64,000 nucleotides of DNA from a virus: positions 6,800 through 70,799 of the IMG/VR virus record IMGVR_UViG_3300044838_000071; one strand, 5' to 3'. The position numbers were made by a program, and so were the translations under genes. This document shows positions 17,540 through 25,835 of the stretch, piece by piece; the stretch's first letter is position 1; each line of letters starts with the position of its first letter. The notes beneath the pieces are model-generated. The model made no database searches and was not told the origin of the DNA. It worked only from the letters and a program-made list of their open reading frames with translations.

Positions 17540-18554
17540 CGCCCGTGACTCCTCTTCCCCCGAGCCGACGCAAGCCGGTGGAAGCGACGTTGAGGCGCCG
17601 ATCGTCGGCGTCGAGGTGACGGAGATCCTGTGCGCCCGCTGCGCGAGCTGCCGCTCGCCGCTCTCGATGGGCGACGTCGAGCACCTCACGGCGGAGCGGA
17701 GCGTGCCGCTGATGCCGAGTGCGACATATGCGGCCATCCGCTCGCCGAGCCCGATCTGCGACCCGAAGAAAGGGCGCCGTTCCCATGTCGCTAAGGGACC
17801 TCGCCTCCTCCCCCCCCGTCCCGGCAGAGGACACTACGTGATCGACCGCGAGTCGTTTCTCGAAGGATGGGGCTGCGCGAGAGAGGGCGTGGCGAGCGAC
17901 TCCCGAGCAGAGGCAGAGGAGGCGTGGCGCCTCGCGTGGGGCGATGCTCCCGGCGACCTTCGCGGTGCGTACCGGCTCGCGCAGAAGGCACACATGGAGG
18001 CTGTGGGCGAACTCGCAAACGCCGTGTCGCGGGCCGAGGCTGCCGAGGCGGAGGTAGAGAGCTGGCGGAGAACGGCGCGGGATGCGTGGGACGGTGCCGA
18101 GCGACTAGCCCAGGAGCTAGAAGTCGAGATTGAAAGGCGCGAAATCGCGGAGCGGGTCCAAACAGGGGCCGAGTCGGCCGTCGATGAGTTTTGCTCGGCA
18201 TGTGGCGCGGATCGTGGCGAAGAGTGCCATTCGGCGTGTCCCGCCCGTGCTCTTGTGGCTGAGCGCACCCGCTCGGAAACGCTTGAGAGGGAACGGGACG
18301 AGGCGAACGCTTGGGCCGCGAGTTCCGAGAATCCTGCCTTCGATGCTGGTTGGGCGGCCGGGCAGAAGCGAGCCAATATCGACCTTCAGGCCCGCTCTAG
18401 AGAACTGGAGGACGCGCTGAGGGTGATCGCGCAACCGGGAGGCGCGTGTGCGAAAGGTCGCGGTGCCTGTCGGGGTGGAGCGAAGGCCAGCGAGATCGCC
18501 CGTGCCGCTCTCTCTGAGACACGACCCGAGGAGGACCCGGATGGCAAAGCTTGA
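17529..18554 (+). CDS. mosaic coiled-coil/Zn-finger hypothetical protein (may be two genes, second from GTG near 17838)
   Basis: Long ORF with CSACG...H..C and coiled-coil segments. Confidence 0.5.
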   Translation: MAGSARDSSSPEPTQAGGSDVEAPIVGVEVTEILCARCASCRSPLSMGDVEHLTAERSVPLMPSATYAAIRSPSPICDPKKGRRSHVAKGPRLLPPRPGRGHYVIDRESFLEGWGCAREGVASDSRAEAEEAWRLAWGDAPGDLRGAYRLAQKAHMEAVGELANAVSRAEAAEAEVESWRRTARDAWDGAERLAQELEVEIERREIAERVQTGAESAVDEFCSACGADRGEECHSACPARALVAERTRSETLERERDEANAWAASSENPAFDAGWAAGQKRANIDLQARSRELEDALRVIAQPGGACAKGRGACRGGAKASEIARAALSETRPEEDPDGKA

Positions 18555-19126
18555 CCCACCACGTCTTACGCGAGGCCCGTTGAGTGGCGCGGTCTTCGTG
18601 GTCACGCACGGCAAGGTGTACGGACGCTCGGGCCGATGGCCATGAGCTAATCGAGTCGTCCGTGAAGTACGACGTGACCGACCAGTTCATGGCGCTGATG
18701 CACGAAGACGCCGAGTCCCGACCTGTAGAGGAGACGGAGATGCCTGAGATCAAGGTGTCCCTCACGTTGGCCGACGCGGACCATCTCCTCGCGGCCTGCG
18801 AGTGCGTGCTGAATCAAGATGACAGCGGCAAGGCCGCGCTCGGCGTCGGGTTACAGCCCTACGCGCTAGAGGAAGCGGCACGAAAGATCGAGGCTGTTGC
18901 TGACCTTGCACGTCAAGGGATCGTCGATGACCGTTGACCTAACCGCAGAGGAGCGGACGGCGCTTGAGAACGCGCAACTGCTCGTCGTCTCGGACACGTC
19001 GAAGCGGGGCGTAGGAATCGGGTTCCTCGCTCACCGCGCTCTCGCCGCCTCCCGTGAGCCTGTAGAGGCAGGAGAGCCGAGCGAGGCCCGCTCTAGAGAA
19101 CTGGAAGACGCGTTGAGGAAGATCGC
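18388..19126 (+). repeat. 43-bp direct repeat (18388-18430 and 19084-19126), 39/43 identical
   Basis: AGGCCCGCTCTAGAGAACTGGA(G/A)GACGCG(C/T)TGAGG..GATCGC; encodes ARSRELEDALR.IA. Confidence 0.9.
18541..18937 (+). pseudogene. probable single gene split by a frameshift near 18620-18640
   Basis: RBS-ATG frame stops at 18645; GC3-rich coding continues in the +1 frame (ELIESSVKYDVTDQF). Confidence 0.4.
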
Positions 19127-19235
19127 ACTCGCGGCGGAAGAGATGACAACGAACTGGCCTGGCCCGGAGGGTCAGATTTTCGAGTTGATTGCACGCAACG
19201 CCCGTGCCGCTCTATGTGGGGGAGACAGCGAATGA
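18927..19235 (+). CDS. mosaic hypothetical protein
   Basis: Coupled ORF sharing repeat modules. Confidence 0.5.
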   Translation: MTVDLTAEERTALENAQLLVVSDTSKRGVGIGFLAHRALAASREPVEAGEPSEARSRELEDALRKIALAAEEMTTNWPGPEGQIFELIARNARAALCGGDSE

Positions 19236-19681
19236 GCGTCGAGCAGCCCATCGTCAAGATCGAGCCCCGTCGCGTGCTGTGCCCGGCGCACGGCGAGCAC
19301 CTGCGCGCCAACTGGCCGAAGGGCTGGGCGATGACCGGCCTCACGCTGTTTCGGAAGGCGGTCGCCAGCCCCGAGCTGCTGCAGGCGTGCGGCTGGCGCG
19401 AGGGTGGCGCGTCGGTGCCGGTTGAGCGGATCAACGATCTCACGGACACCAAGCCGCTCTGCTACTTCGTGGATGAGGACGAGATCCGCAAAGTCCTGGC
19501 CACGCACGTCGTCGACCGCGTGATGCGCTGCGACGTGTGCGGGATCCCCGGCCACGCCGGGCCCTACACGGTCCGCGACGAGGACGGCAGCGTGAACACG
19601 CTCGACGTGTGTGTCGAGTGCGCGCTGCTGGCTGGCCGCAAGCTGCACAAGTCCCAACCCGAGGGAGGGCCGTTCGAGTGA
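19232..19681 (+). CDS. Cys-rich hypothetical protein
   Basis: CPAH...C...CDVC...CVEC. Confidence 0.6.
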   Translation: MSVEQPIVKIEPRRVLCPAHGEHLRANWPKGWAMTGLTLFRKAVASPELLQACGWREGGASVPVERINDLTDTKPLCYFVDEDEIRKVLATHVVDRVMRCDVCGIPGHAGPYTVRDEDGSVNTLDVCVECALLAGRKLHKSQPEGGPFE

Positions 19682-19863
19682 CCGAGCCACCGCAGCAGAT
19701 CATCCCGCGGCGCAAGCCGATGACGCGCGAGCAGGAACGCCGGCGTGCGGAAGTCGATCGCCGCAACAAGGCGATCCAGCAGGTGAAGCTGCCTGAGCCG
19801 AGTGGTGGCGGGTTCGGTGCGCCACCGAACGAGGAGAAGAAGAAGAAGGCGAAGAAGAAGTGA
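19678..19863 (+). CDS. small basic protein
   Basis: Coupled; ends KKKKAKKK. Confidence 0.5.
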   Translation: MTEPPQQIIPRRKPMTREQERRRAEVDRRNKAIQQVKLPEPSGGGFGAPPNEEKKKKAKKK

Positions 19864-20111
19864 CCGCGCTGGGCTCTACGAGCCAGCACTCGACGTCCTA
19901 CGTCAGCGCGAAAGAGGAGCGGATCGTTGTCATGCGCCTCGCGTGCTGGGGGCATCATCCGATCGTCAACGAGACGCACGAGCGCTGCGGCCGTGAGCTC
20001 AACCAGCGAGAGCTTGCCGTCGCCTACAGGGCGGCGAAGTTCGACCAGCCGTCGCTCCGCGACAACTCGTGGCTGTGGCGTGATCCGACGCGCCAGCGGG
20101 AGGCTGCGTGA
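19860..20111 (+). CDS. hypothetical protein
   Basis: Coupled ORF. Confidence 0.45.
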   Translation: MTALGSTSQHSTSYVSAKEERIVVMRLACWGHHPIVNETHERCGRELNQRELAVAYRAAKFDQPSLRDNSWLWRDPTRQREAA

Positions 20112-20172
20112 ATCAGCTGACGATCGCGGAGGCGAACGACGGGCGCTGCTGCATTGAGCTGAAGGCGACGGC

Positions 20173-20340
20173 GTGAAGCGCGTGGCGGGGATCTGGCTCG
20201 TCGGTGTCGCCTACGGCGTCATCGTCTATCTGCTCGCGCGCTACGCAGTCGTTGAAGGCCCTCACCCTGACGTGCCGATGCACGTAGGCATCGCCGGGGC
20301 CGTGGCGTACATCGTCGGCGCTCTCTCGTGGCGGGACTGA
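20173..20340 (+). CDS. small 2-TM membrane protein
   Basis: Hand-translated MKRVAGIWLVGVAYGVIVYLLARY...VGIAGAVAYIVGALSWRD. Confidence 0.55.
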   Translation: MKRVAGIWLVGVAYGVIVYLLARYAVVEGPHPDVPMHVGIAGAVAYIVGALSWRD

Positions 20341-20741
20341 CAGTGCCCGCCTGCTGGCTAGCGAAACTGCCCAACGCAGGTCCCTGCGAAGGCGCGCTCG
20401 TGCGCGTGCACCTGATCACGAAAGCCGAGATCAAGCGCACGTTCCCGAAGGGCGCGGTCCGCATCGACGGCGTCTGGCAGCGCCCGATCGAGGCGCAGTT
20501 CCTGCCCGAGGACTTCGAGCCAGTGTTCCGCACGCTTGAGCAGCTGCAGGACGACGAGCGGGCGTGGGTGCCTGGCTGCGGCGGGCTCGTCGGGCTGAGC
20601 GGACACCACGGCCAGCTCGACAGTTCGGCGCACGACCGCACACGCCTGCGGATCCCACGCGTCCTGCTTCCGCCGGCGGTCGAGGAGTACGCCGAGGAAC
20701 TGGGCCTCGTCTACTGGCTGACGAAGACGTACGGGCCGTGA
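20328..20741 (+). CDS. divergent HNH-fold nuclease-like protein
   Basis: C......C....HLI...D.R.WV..C......HH..LD arrangement. Confidence 0.5.
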   Translation: MAGLTVPACWLAKLPNAGPCEGALVRVHLITKAEIKRTFPKGAVRIDGVWQRPIEAQFLPEDFEPVFRTLEQLQDDERAWVPGCGGLVGLSGHHGQLDSSAHDRTRLRIPRVLLPPAVEEYAEELGLVYWLTKTYGP

Positions 20742-21001
20742 AGGCCGTCACCTTCGTGATCCCCGACGGCGCGCATTACGTCGCCAACGCGATGGCGCGA
20801 TGCCCCGACGAGATCGAGCGATGGGGCGTGTGCTCCTTCTCCTGGACGCTGCCGGACGACCCGTTCCCGGTCGAAGGCACGTGCATCGAGTGGGAGGTGG
20901 ACGAGGACGGCGACGCCGAGCTGACGGTGCTGATGTCCGACGACCACGCGGCCCGCTTCGCTGTGAGCCCGATCACCAGCGGCGCGGAGTGGGAGCCATG
21001 A
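20738..21001 (+). CDS. hypothetical protein
   Basis: GTG coupled start; acidic, beta-rich. Confidence 0.5.
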   Translation: MKAVTFVIPDGAHYVANAMARCPDEIERWGVCSFSWTLPDDPFPVEGTCIEWEVDEDGDAELTVLMSDDHAARFAVSPITSGAEWEP

Positions 21002-21246
21002 GCGGCACCTGTATCTGGGAGACGGTCCTCGAGGACGTGCACTGGCTGGACGACCAGCCGCTCGGCTCGATGGTCACCGTCGAGCTCGACATCTTCCCCA
21101 CGCCGATCACCGGGCGCTTGCTCAGCTACCGCATGCTCGAGGACAGCCACGTGCAGTTCAAGCTCGAGATCCTGATCGCCATCAAGGAGATGCTTCTCGC
21201 GCTTCTCCCCGACGTTGTGGATCAAAGGGACTTCTCCGCCGTCTAG
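20998..21246 (+). CDS. hypothetical protein
   Basis: ATG coupled start. Confidence 0.5.
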   Translation: MSGTCIWETVLEDVHWLDDQPLGSMVTVELDIFPTPITGRLLSYRMLEDSHVQFKLEILIAIKEMLLALLPDVVDQRDFSAV

Positions 21247-21255
21247 GCGGCTCAC

Positions 21256-21275
21256 AGCCCGGCGTAGCCCGGTCA
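21256..21275 (+). promoter_or_regulatory. AGCCCGG-N3-AGCCCGG motif, copy 3
   Basis: AGCCCGG CGT AGCCCGG TCA, intergenic upstream of rusA. Confidence 0.65.
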
Positions 21276-21335
21276 GCGGGCCAGATTCCCGCACGTTGCA
21301 CCTTTCCCGTCCGACCGGCCCCGAACAATGTGCAT

Positions 21336-21875
21336 ATGACCACGATCACCTTCACACACATCGGCAAGCCGCAGAGCAAGGGCGCGCACACCTCGTTCAT
21401 CCCGCGGAGGCGCGACGGCAGCATGGTCACGCGCCGCGACGGTGCCCCCATGGTGGTGACCAAGGACACCAACCCGAAGCAGGAGCAGGCGCAGCGCGAT
21501 CTCGCCACCACGGCGCTCGTCGCGCGCTCCGAGGCCGGCGAGGGCGTGTGGCTCAGCCCGGTCGTTGTCACGATGCGCTTCTACTTCGACCGCAACAAGG
21601 GCCACTACGGCACCGGCCGCAACGCCGGCGTGATCAAGGAGTCCGCACCCGCGCACCCGGTCACCGCGCCCGACCTCGACAAACTCGAGCGGCAGGTCCT
21701 CGACGCGCTCACCGGCGTGATCGTCCGAGACGACCAGCAGGTCGTGCAGGCGCTCTCCTCGAAGCACTACGTCGAGGGTGACCAGCCCGCGCGCACCGAG
21801 GTCGAAGTCTCCGCCATCGAGCAGCAGACGGTCGGCATGGTCGTGGCCGACGAGCAGATGGCACTCGCCGCCTAG
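21336..21875 (+). CDS. rusA: RusA-family Holliday junction resolvase
   Basis: GKPQSKG...PDLDKL.R.VLDALTG...DDQQV motif. Confidence 0.92.
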   Translation: MTTITFTHIGKPQSKGAHTSFIPRRRDGSMVTRRDGAPMVVTKDTNPKQEQAQRDLATTALVARSEAGEGVWLSPVVVTMRFYFDRNKGHYGTGRNAGVIKESAPAHPVTAPDLDKLERQVLDALTGVIVRDDQQVVQALSSKHYVEGDQPARTEVEVSAIEQQTVGMVVADEQMALAA

Positions 21876-21980
21876 TAGTCTTCTCGCCGCGCGCTCGACG
21901 CTGGACGGGCTGGCCGATGCCGGGTCGGGTCGTGGGGTGGCATCCCCGCGGGCGCGCACCCCTTCACGCCCCGAGCAAAC

Positions 21981-22017
21981 GCGGGCCCCCTAGTAGATGG
22001 CCAGGGGGCCCGCAGCC
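21981..22017 (-). terminator. hairpin between convergent arms
   Basis: 11-bp stem GCGGGCCCCCT/AGGGGGCCCGC; GTTT follows on minus strand. Confidence 0.65.
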
Positions 22018-22044
22018 GGATGGGGACACCGGCGCCTCCGAACG

Positions 22045-22482
22045 CTACCGGACGGTCACCCTCACCGTGCCCTGGCCGGCGCTCACGGAGAAGCCTCCTT
22101 CCCACGGCGCGGCGCCGACGGCGTTCGCGACGTCCGTCGTGAGGTCGAACTCGCGCCCCGCGATGTAGGGCCCACGGTCCGTGACGGATACCTGCACGCA
22201 GTGCGCGGCGCAGATCGTCAGCCGAGTGTGGCACGGCAGCGTCTTGTTGGCGACGCCCCACGAGCCGCCGCCGCACGCACCGGAGCCACCACCGAAGTAG
22301 CTCGCCATGGCCAGGCGGCCGGTCGGCTTCGGCGGTGGGTGCAGGTGGTTCCAGAGGCGATCGACCCTGCGATCACAGCTCGTGCTGTTACAGCCGCGGC
22401 GGTGATGCGTTCGATGGTGATGGCTGGGTACGGCGACTGCGAGTGCGGCGAACAGCGGTGAGACAGCGAGTAGCGGGCGAAT
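22045..22482 (-). CDS. secreted RlpA-like (DPBB) lytic transglycosylase; probable ATT start
   Basis: ASYF...GVANKTLPC...VTDRGPYIAGREFDLT; frame open upstream through a signal peptide to ATT 22482 behind AAGGAGG. Confidence 0.8.
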   Translation of the reverse strand: MRPLLAVSPLFAALAVAVPSHHHRTHHRRGCNSTSCDRRVDRLWNHLHPPPKPTGRLAMASYFGGGSGACGGGSWGVANKTLPCHTRLTICAAHCVQVSVTDRGPYIAGREFDLTTDVANAVGAAPWEGGFSVSAGQGTVRVTVR

Positions 22483-22565
22483 CGGGGATCAACCCTCCTT
22501 CGTCGTTTCGCCAGAGCACAACCTCTGGCCGTTCAGGCGGGCGTCAGGCCAGCCTGCTTCGCTCG

Positions 22566-22706
22566 TTAGGTGGAGCGGTTACGCGGCGGGCAGCCTACCG
22601 GACGCGTCACGCGGAGGCTCCGGGGGCCGCGGATCAGCTTCCCGACGAGCACCCCCAGGCCGACATCTCCGACGCATGCCACAGCGATCCAGCCAGCTAC
22701 TCCCAT
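22566..22706 (-). CDS. small membrane protein
   Basis: MGVAGWIAVACVGDVGLGVLVGKLIR. Confidence 0.45.
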   Translation of the reverse strand: MGVAGWIAVACVGDVGLGVLVGKLIRGPRSLRVTRPVGCPPRNRST

Positions 22707-22779
22707 GGCGCGCGACGCTAACCGACACGGCGGAGGGAAGTCCAGCCCGATCTCGCAAACAGCGGACGAATCCGAGCCA

Positions 22780-22820
22780 GAACGCAAGAACGCCCCGCGC
22801 TCGAAAGCAGCGGGGCGTTC
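22780..22820 (-). terminator. intrinsic terminator after HNH gene
   Basis: GAACGCCCCGC/GCGGGGCGTTC stem then TTGCGTT. Confidence 0.65.
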
Positions 22821-22856
22821 AGGCCAGCCCTGTGAGGGATGGAGACGGCTCTGATG

Positions 22857-23456
22857 CTACCTCACGCGAGGGCTGCCGCGTGGTCGGCGCCGCCGATCAG
22901 CCGCGCGACGACATTCGCGACATTGGCGGAATCCCCTAGGGTCGACGTATGTGTTCTCCGGCGTATAGGCGTGGCCCGCGCTACAGGTGCTCATGCGGTG
23001 CTGCCCCATGTGGCTGCGCTTGGAGTCGTGAGGTTCTAGATGATCGGGGTTCACGCAGGGGCGCTGGTGACAGCGATGATGGAGCTGATGACCTTCGGGG
23101 ATCGGCCCGTTGGCACGCTCGTAGAGGACGCGATGTGCTAGTCGCCGTACGCCATCGGTCACGAGGACGCCATAGCCACCGACAGTCGTGGCGCGCAGCC
23201 AGATCCAGCAGGGTGTCTCATAGCCGCAGTCTCGGACTTCGTACTGCTCGGCTGACCGCGGGGGCCGACCGGCACCCTTAAAGTGCCCAGCGACGAACCG
23301 GCGCGGCTTTCCCTTCACCGCGCCGGTTCGGTGATCCGTTTTAGGTGCGACGGTCGTAATGCCGCCGCACCCGCATTGGCAGTAGCCGTCAGGGATCTTC
23401 GATCTTGATGACCGGGTGAAGCTCGACTCCCGTTGGTGCGACGCCACGTTGACCAT
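22857..23456 (-). CDS. HNH homing endonuclease with N-terminal CxCGCG and C-terminal Zn finger
   Basis: CQCGCG...CWIW...GYG...AHRVLYE...HHRC...CVNPDHLE...RQCREC; start uncertain. Confidence 0.9.
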   Translation of the reverse strand: MVNVASHQRESSFTRSSRSKIPDGYCQCGCGGITTVAPKTDHRTGAVKGKPRRFVAGHFKGAGRPPRSAEQYEVRDCGYETPCWIWLRATTVGGYGVLVTDGVRRLAHRVLYERANGPIPEGHQLHHRCHQRPCVNPDHLEPHDSKRSHMGQHRMSTCSAGHAYTPENTYVDPRGFRQCRECRRAADRRRRPRGSPRVR

Positions 23457-24099
23457 GAATAATATCGTCAAACAGCACGCCCGTCACCGTCACCTTGTGG
23501 TTGATCGGCGTGAAGTGTGACGACGACGGCAGCCCGAACTCGCGTATGAACGCGTTCCGGGCGGCCTCGATCTGGGCCTCAAGCACGCTGACCCCTGCCG
23601 TCACGGGTGGCTCGGTGCAAGCTGGCGCGAACGGGATCTCGGCGATCATCGTCTTGCCAGCATCCACCAGTACTAGGTGGATGTCACTATCGGCCTCGAC
23701 CTTTGCCGCTTCGAGCGTTGCAGTGACCGTGTAGGTCTGTTGCTCAGCTTCGGTGCGAGCCTCGTCGGGGTTGCCGTTGTTCGAGGAGGGCAGTGCGTCT
23801 AGCGCTTCGATCGTCGTGACCTTCGGCGCTAGGACGATGTTCGTCGCCGCAGCATCGGTTGCGGTCTTCACGCTCCACCGCTCACGGCCGCAGGTGGCGC
23901 CGCCGGCGACCACACGGCCATCGTCGCGGCCCTCCGACCCGGCACCAGCCGGGACCGGTGCTGGGTGAGCCTTCGACGTCACGACCGGTGGGCCGGGCTG
24001 ATGCAGTTCCCCGGCCTTCGTCGGCGTCGTCGGGGAGCTGCTGCCACACCCCCCGAGCGCGGCGGCCAAGACGACCGCCGCGAACGTCGCGCGCTTCAT
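23389..24099 (-). CDS. lipoprotein with OB-fold-like domain, unknown function
   Basis: MKR + hydrophobic + LGGC lipobox; CG.ERWSVKT, EADSDIH, HGQ.GVAP..VELHPV motifs. Confidence 0.75.
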   Translation of the reverse strand: MKRATFAAVVLAAALGGCGSSSPTTPTKAGELHQPGPPVVTSKAHPAPVPAGAGSEGRDDGRVVAGGATCGRERWSVKTATDAAATNIVLAPKVTTIEALDALPSSNNGNPDEARTEAEQQTYTVTATLEAAKVEADSDIHLVLVDAGKTMIAEIPFAPACTEPPVTAGVSVLEAQIEAARNAFIREFGLPSSSHFTPINHKVTVTGVLFDDIIHGQRGVAPTGVELHPVIKIEDP

Positions 24100-24320
24100 C
24101 GGTGCGGCGCGCTTGCTTTGATCAGGTGCACCGACTGCAGGTAGCGCCCGATGTTCGTGACGGCGAGCGAGACCAGCCCGATGATCGCCGCCCATTTTTC
24201 AGGGCCACCGATCGTGAGCGCTGAGGCACCTTCTTCGAGCAGTTTGACGACGATGGGCAGCACGCCGCCGAGGGCGGTGAGCCAGCCGATGACCGTGGTG
24301 ATTCCAACTGAGACCTTCAT
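24096..24320 (-). CDS. holin-like 2-TM protein
   Basis: Two hydrophobic helices, 74 aa; GGAGG RBS. Confidence 0.6.
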   Translation of the reverse strand: MKVSVGITTVIGWLTALGGVLPIVVKLLEEGASALTIGGPEKWAAIIGLVSLAVTNIGRYLQSVHLIKASAPHR

Positions 24321-24347
24321 GTGTTGCCTCCTTCTAGTGGACGTTGA

Positions 24348-25229
24348 TTAGCCGATCTCGCCGGGACGCTCGAAAGCCTTGGCCCGCGCTTCGGCCTTGG
24401 GACGATCGCTCCCATATATCTGCCCCCATTCTTCGGGGTTCGCTTCCGGCGCCCTGCTCATATATCCGCCCGGTGCCAGCTCGAACGGCTGCAGGTGCGG
24501 CACCGCCGGCAGCGTCTTCCACGCCTCGCCGTCGTCGCAGAAGCAGACCGCCGTGCGACGCTGCGCCTGCCCCCACCAGTAGGGATAGGCGAAGTCCGCC
24601 ACGATCGCCTCCGGCACGCCGCACGGACGGCCCTCGGGCGCTCCCACGTCGTAGCCGCGGTCCTGCACCGGGTCGCCGACCTCGCCGATGTACCAGAAGT
24701 GATCGGCGGGGTTGAGGTACTTGCGGATGTCCGCTTCGTTCGTCACCCACGGGTCGACGATCATCTCCAGGATCTCGTGCGAGACGACTTCGGTCGGCTC
24801 GATGCCGTCTTCCTTGCTGGTCTTGCAGAACACCTTGGCGAGCGGCTGTTCGGTGCCCGCCGCCTTGCCACGCGCCGAGTGCGCGCTGGACGCGTGCGCT
24901 TCGTCTTCGTGCCAGCCGAGCGCGCCCGGCTCGGTGCTCGTGTCGAGCAGTTCGACGTGGTAGCTGTCCGCCGGCGGCTGCTCGTCCGGGCCGATCAGAA
25001 CGACGTCGGCGATCGGCGCCGAGAGATCACGCTCGACCCACGGGCTGCGGTTGTAGTGGAACAGGTCCTGGTAGCGCTGCGCCCAGACGAGGTTCCTCAG
25101 CCGGTCGGCGTCGAACGTGCCCGGCGACGTGCGGTCCACGATCGTGATGACGACCGCGGGGTGCGAGTTTTCGGGCACGTGCACGTCGAAGTGCTCGCCG
25201 AGGACCGGCGCGGGGATGCTGGCTTGCAT
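24348..25229 (-). CDS. zincin-like (Phi-1/EXORDIUM-like) protein
   Basis: GALGWH...SHEILEMIVDP...EVGDPV motifs; AAGGAG RBS. Confidence 0.65.
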   Translation of the reverse strand: MQASIPAPVLGEHFDVHVPENSHPAVVITIVDRTSPGTFDADRLRNLVWAQRYQDLFHYNRSPWVERDLSAPIADVVLIGPDEQPPADSYHVELLDTSTEPGALGWHEDEAHASSAHSARGKAAGTEQPLAKVFCKTSKEDGIEPTEVVSHEILEMIVDPWVTNEADIRKYLNPADHFWYIGEVGDPVQDRGYDVGAPEGRPCGVPEAIVADFAYPYWWGQAQRRTAVCFCDDGEAWKTLPAVPHLQPFELAPGGYMSRAPEANPEEWGQIYGSDRPKAEARAKAFERPGEIG

Positions 25230-25289
25230 GGCAATCTCCTTATGTGACGCGGTTTCGTGGGAGAGGGTTGTGGCAGGTGCGTCGGACGC

Positions 25290-25813
25290 CTATGCGCCGT
25301 GGAGCGCCGCGTACCTCACTGAGCCAGCGAAGTCGTTGATCGCCGATTCGCCGGTCCAGCCACCGGTGTCCAGGCCGACCGCCATTTCGCTCGGCGGAGG
25401 CGGCGGCGGTTCTTTGGGGGGTTCTTCTTCTTTCGGCGGCGGTTCTTTTTCGACGGGCGGTTCTTCTTTCACGCCGCCGGGGATCGTCTGCAGGCGGCAG
25501 TTGCACGGCGGTTCGTCCGAGGCCCAGCTGCCCACGTAGGACGTGCCGACCTTCGCCAGGACATCGACCCACGGCAGCGTCACCGGCGGCGTGATCGGCA
25601 GTTCGGAGAGCTTGACGTCGAAGTAGCGGATCCCGGTGCGGTTGTTGTCGGCCATCACCGCGACGTGGATCCCGGTCGTACCGGCGGGCAAGCTCGAGGA
25701 GTCGACTTCGACGCTCCGCTTGTCGGGCGTCAGATGGTCAGTGATCGCCTGCGCTGAGACAGGCGCTGCGAGGGCTAGGGCAGCAAGAGCTGCCAACAGA
25801 CGAAAGGGCGCAT
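25290..25813 (-). CDS. secreted protein with Pro/Glu/Lys linker; probably needs a -1 frameshift at codons 2-4; C-terminus may be truncated
   Basis: AAGGAGG-N5-ATG CGC CCT TTC; the signal peptide is in the -1 frame. Confidence 0.6.
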
Positions 25814-25835
25814 CGGGTCCTCCTTGGTCGGGGAG

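Larger units (their letters stand above)
16843..17834 (+). repeat. 28-bp perfect direct repeat (16843-16870 and 17807-17834)
   Basis: CCTCCCCCCCCGTCCCGGCAGAGGACAC twice. Confidence 0.9.

Noticed and set aside
16846-17817. C8 tracts as phase-variation switches
   Set aside because: Both belong to the 28-bp repeat and have equal length; no evidence of variation without reads.
16843-19235. CRISPR-like array
   Set aside because: Repeats are of several kinds, irregularly spaced and protein-coding; the Cas4-like gene has no cas neighbours.
22495-22540. Hammerhead-like CUGA...stem...GAAA on the minus strand
   Set aside because: Core reads CUGAACG, not CUGANGA, and no proper stem III/UH cleavage site.
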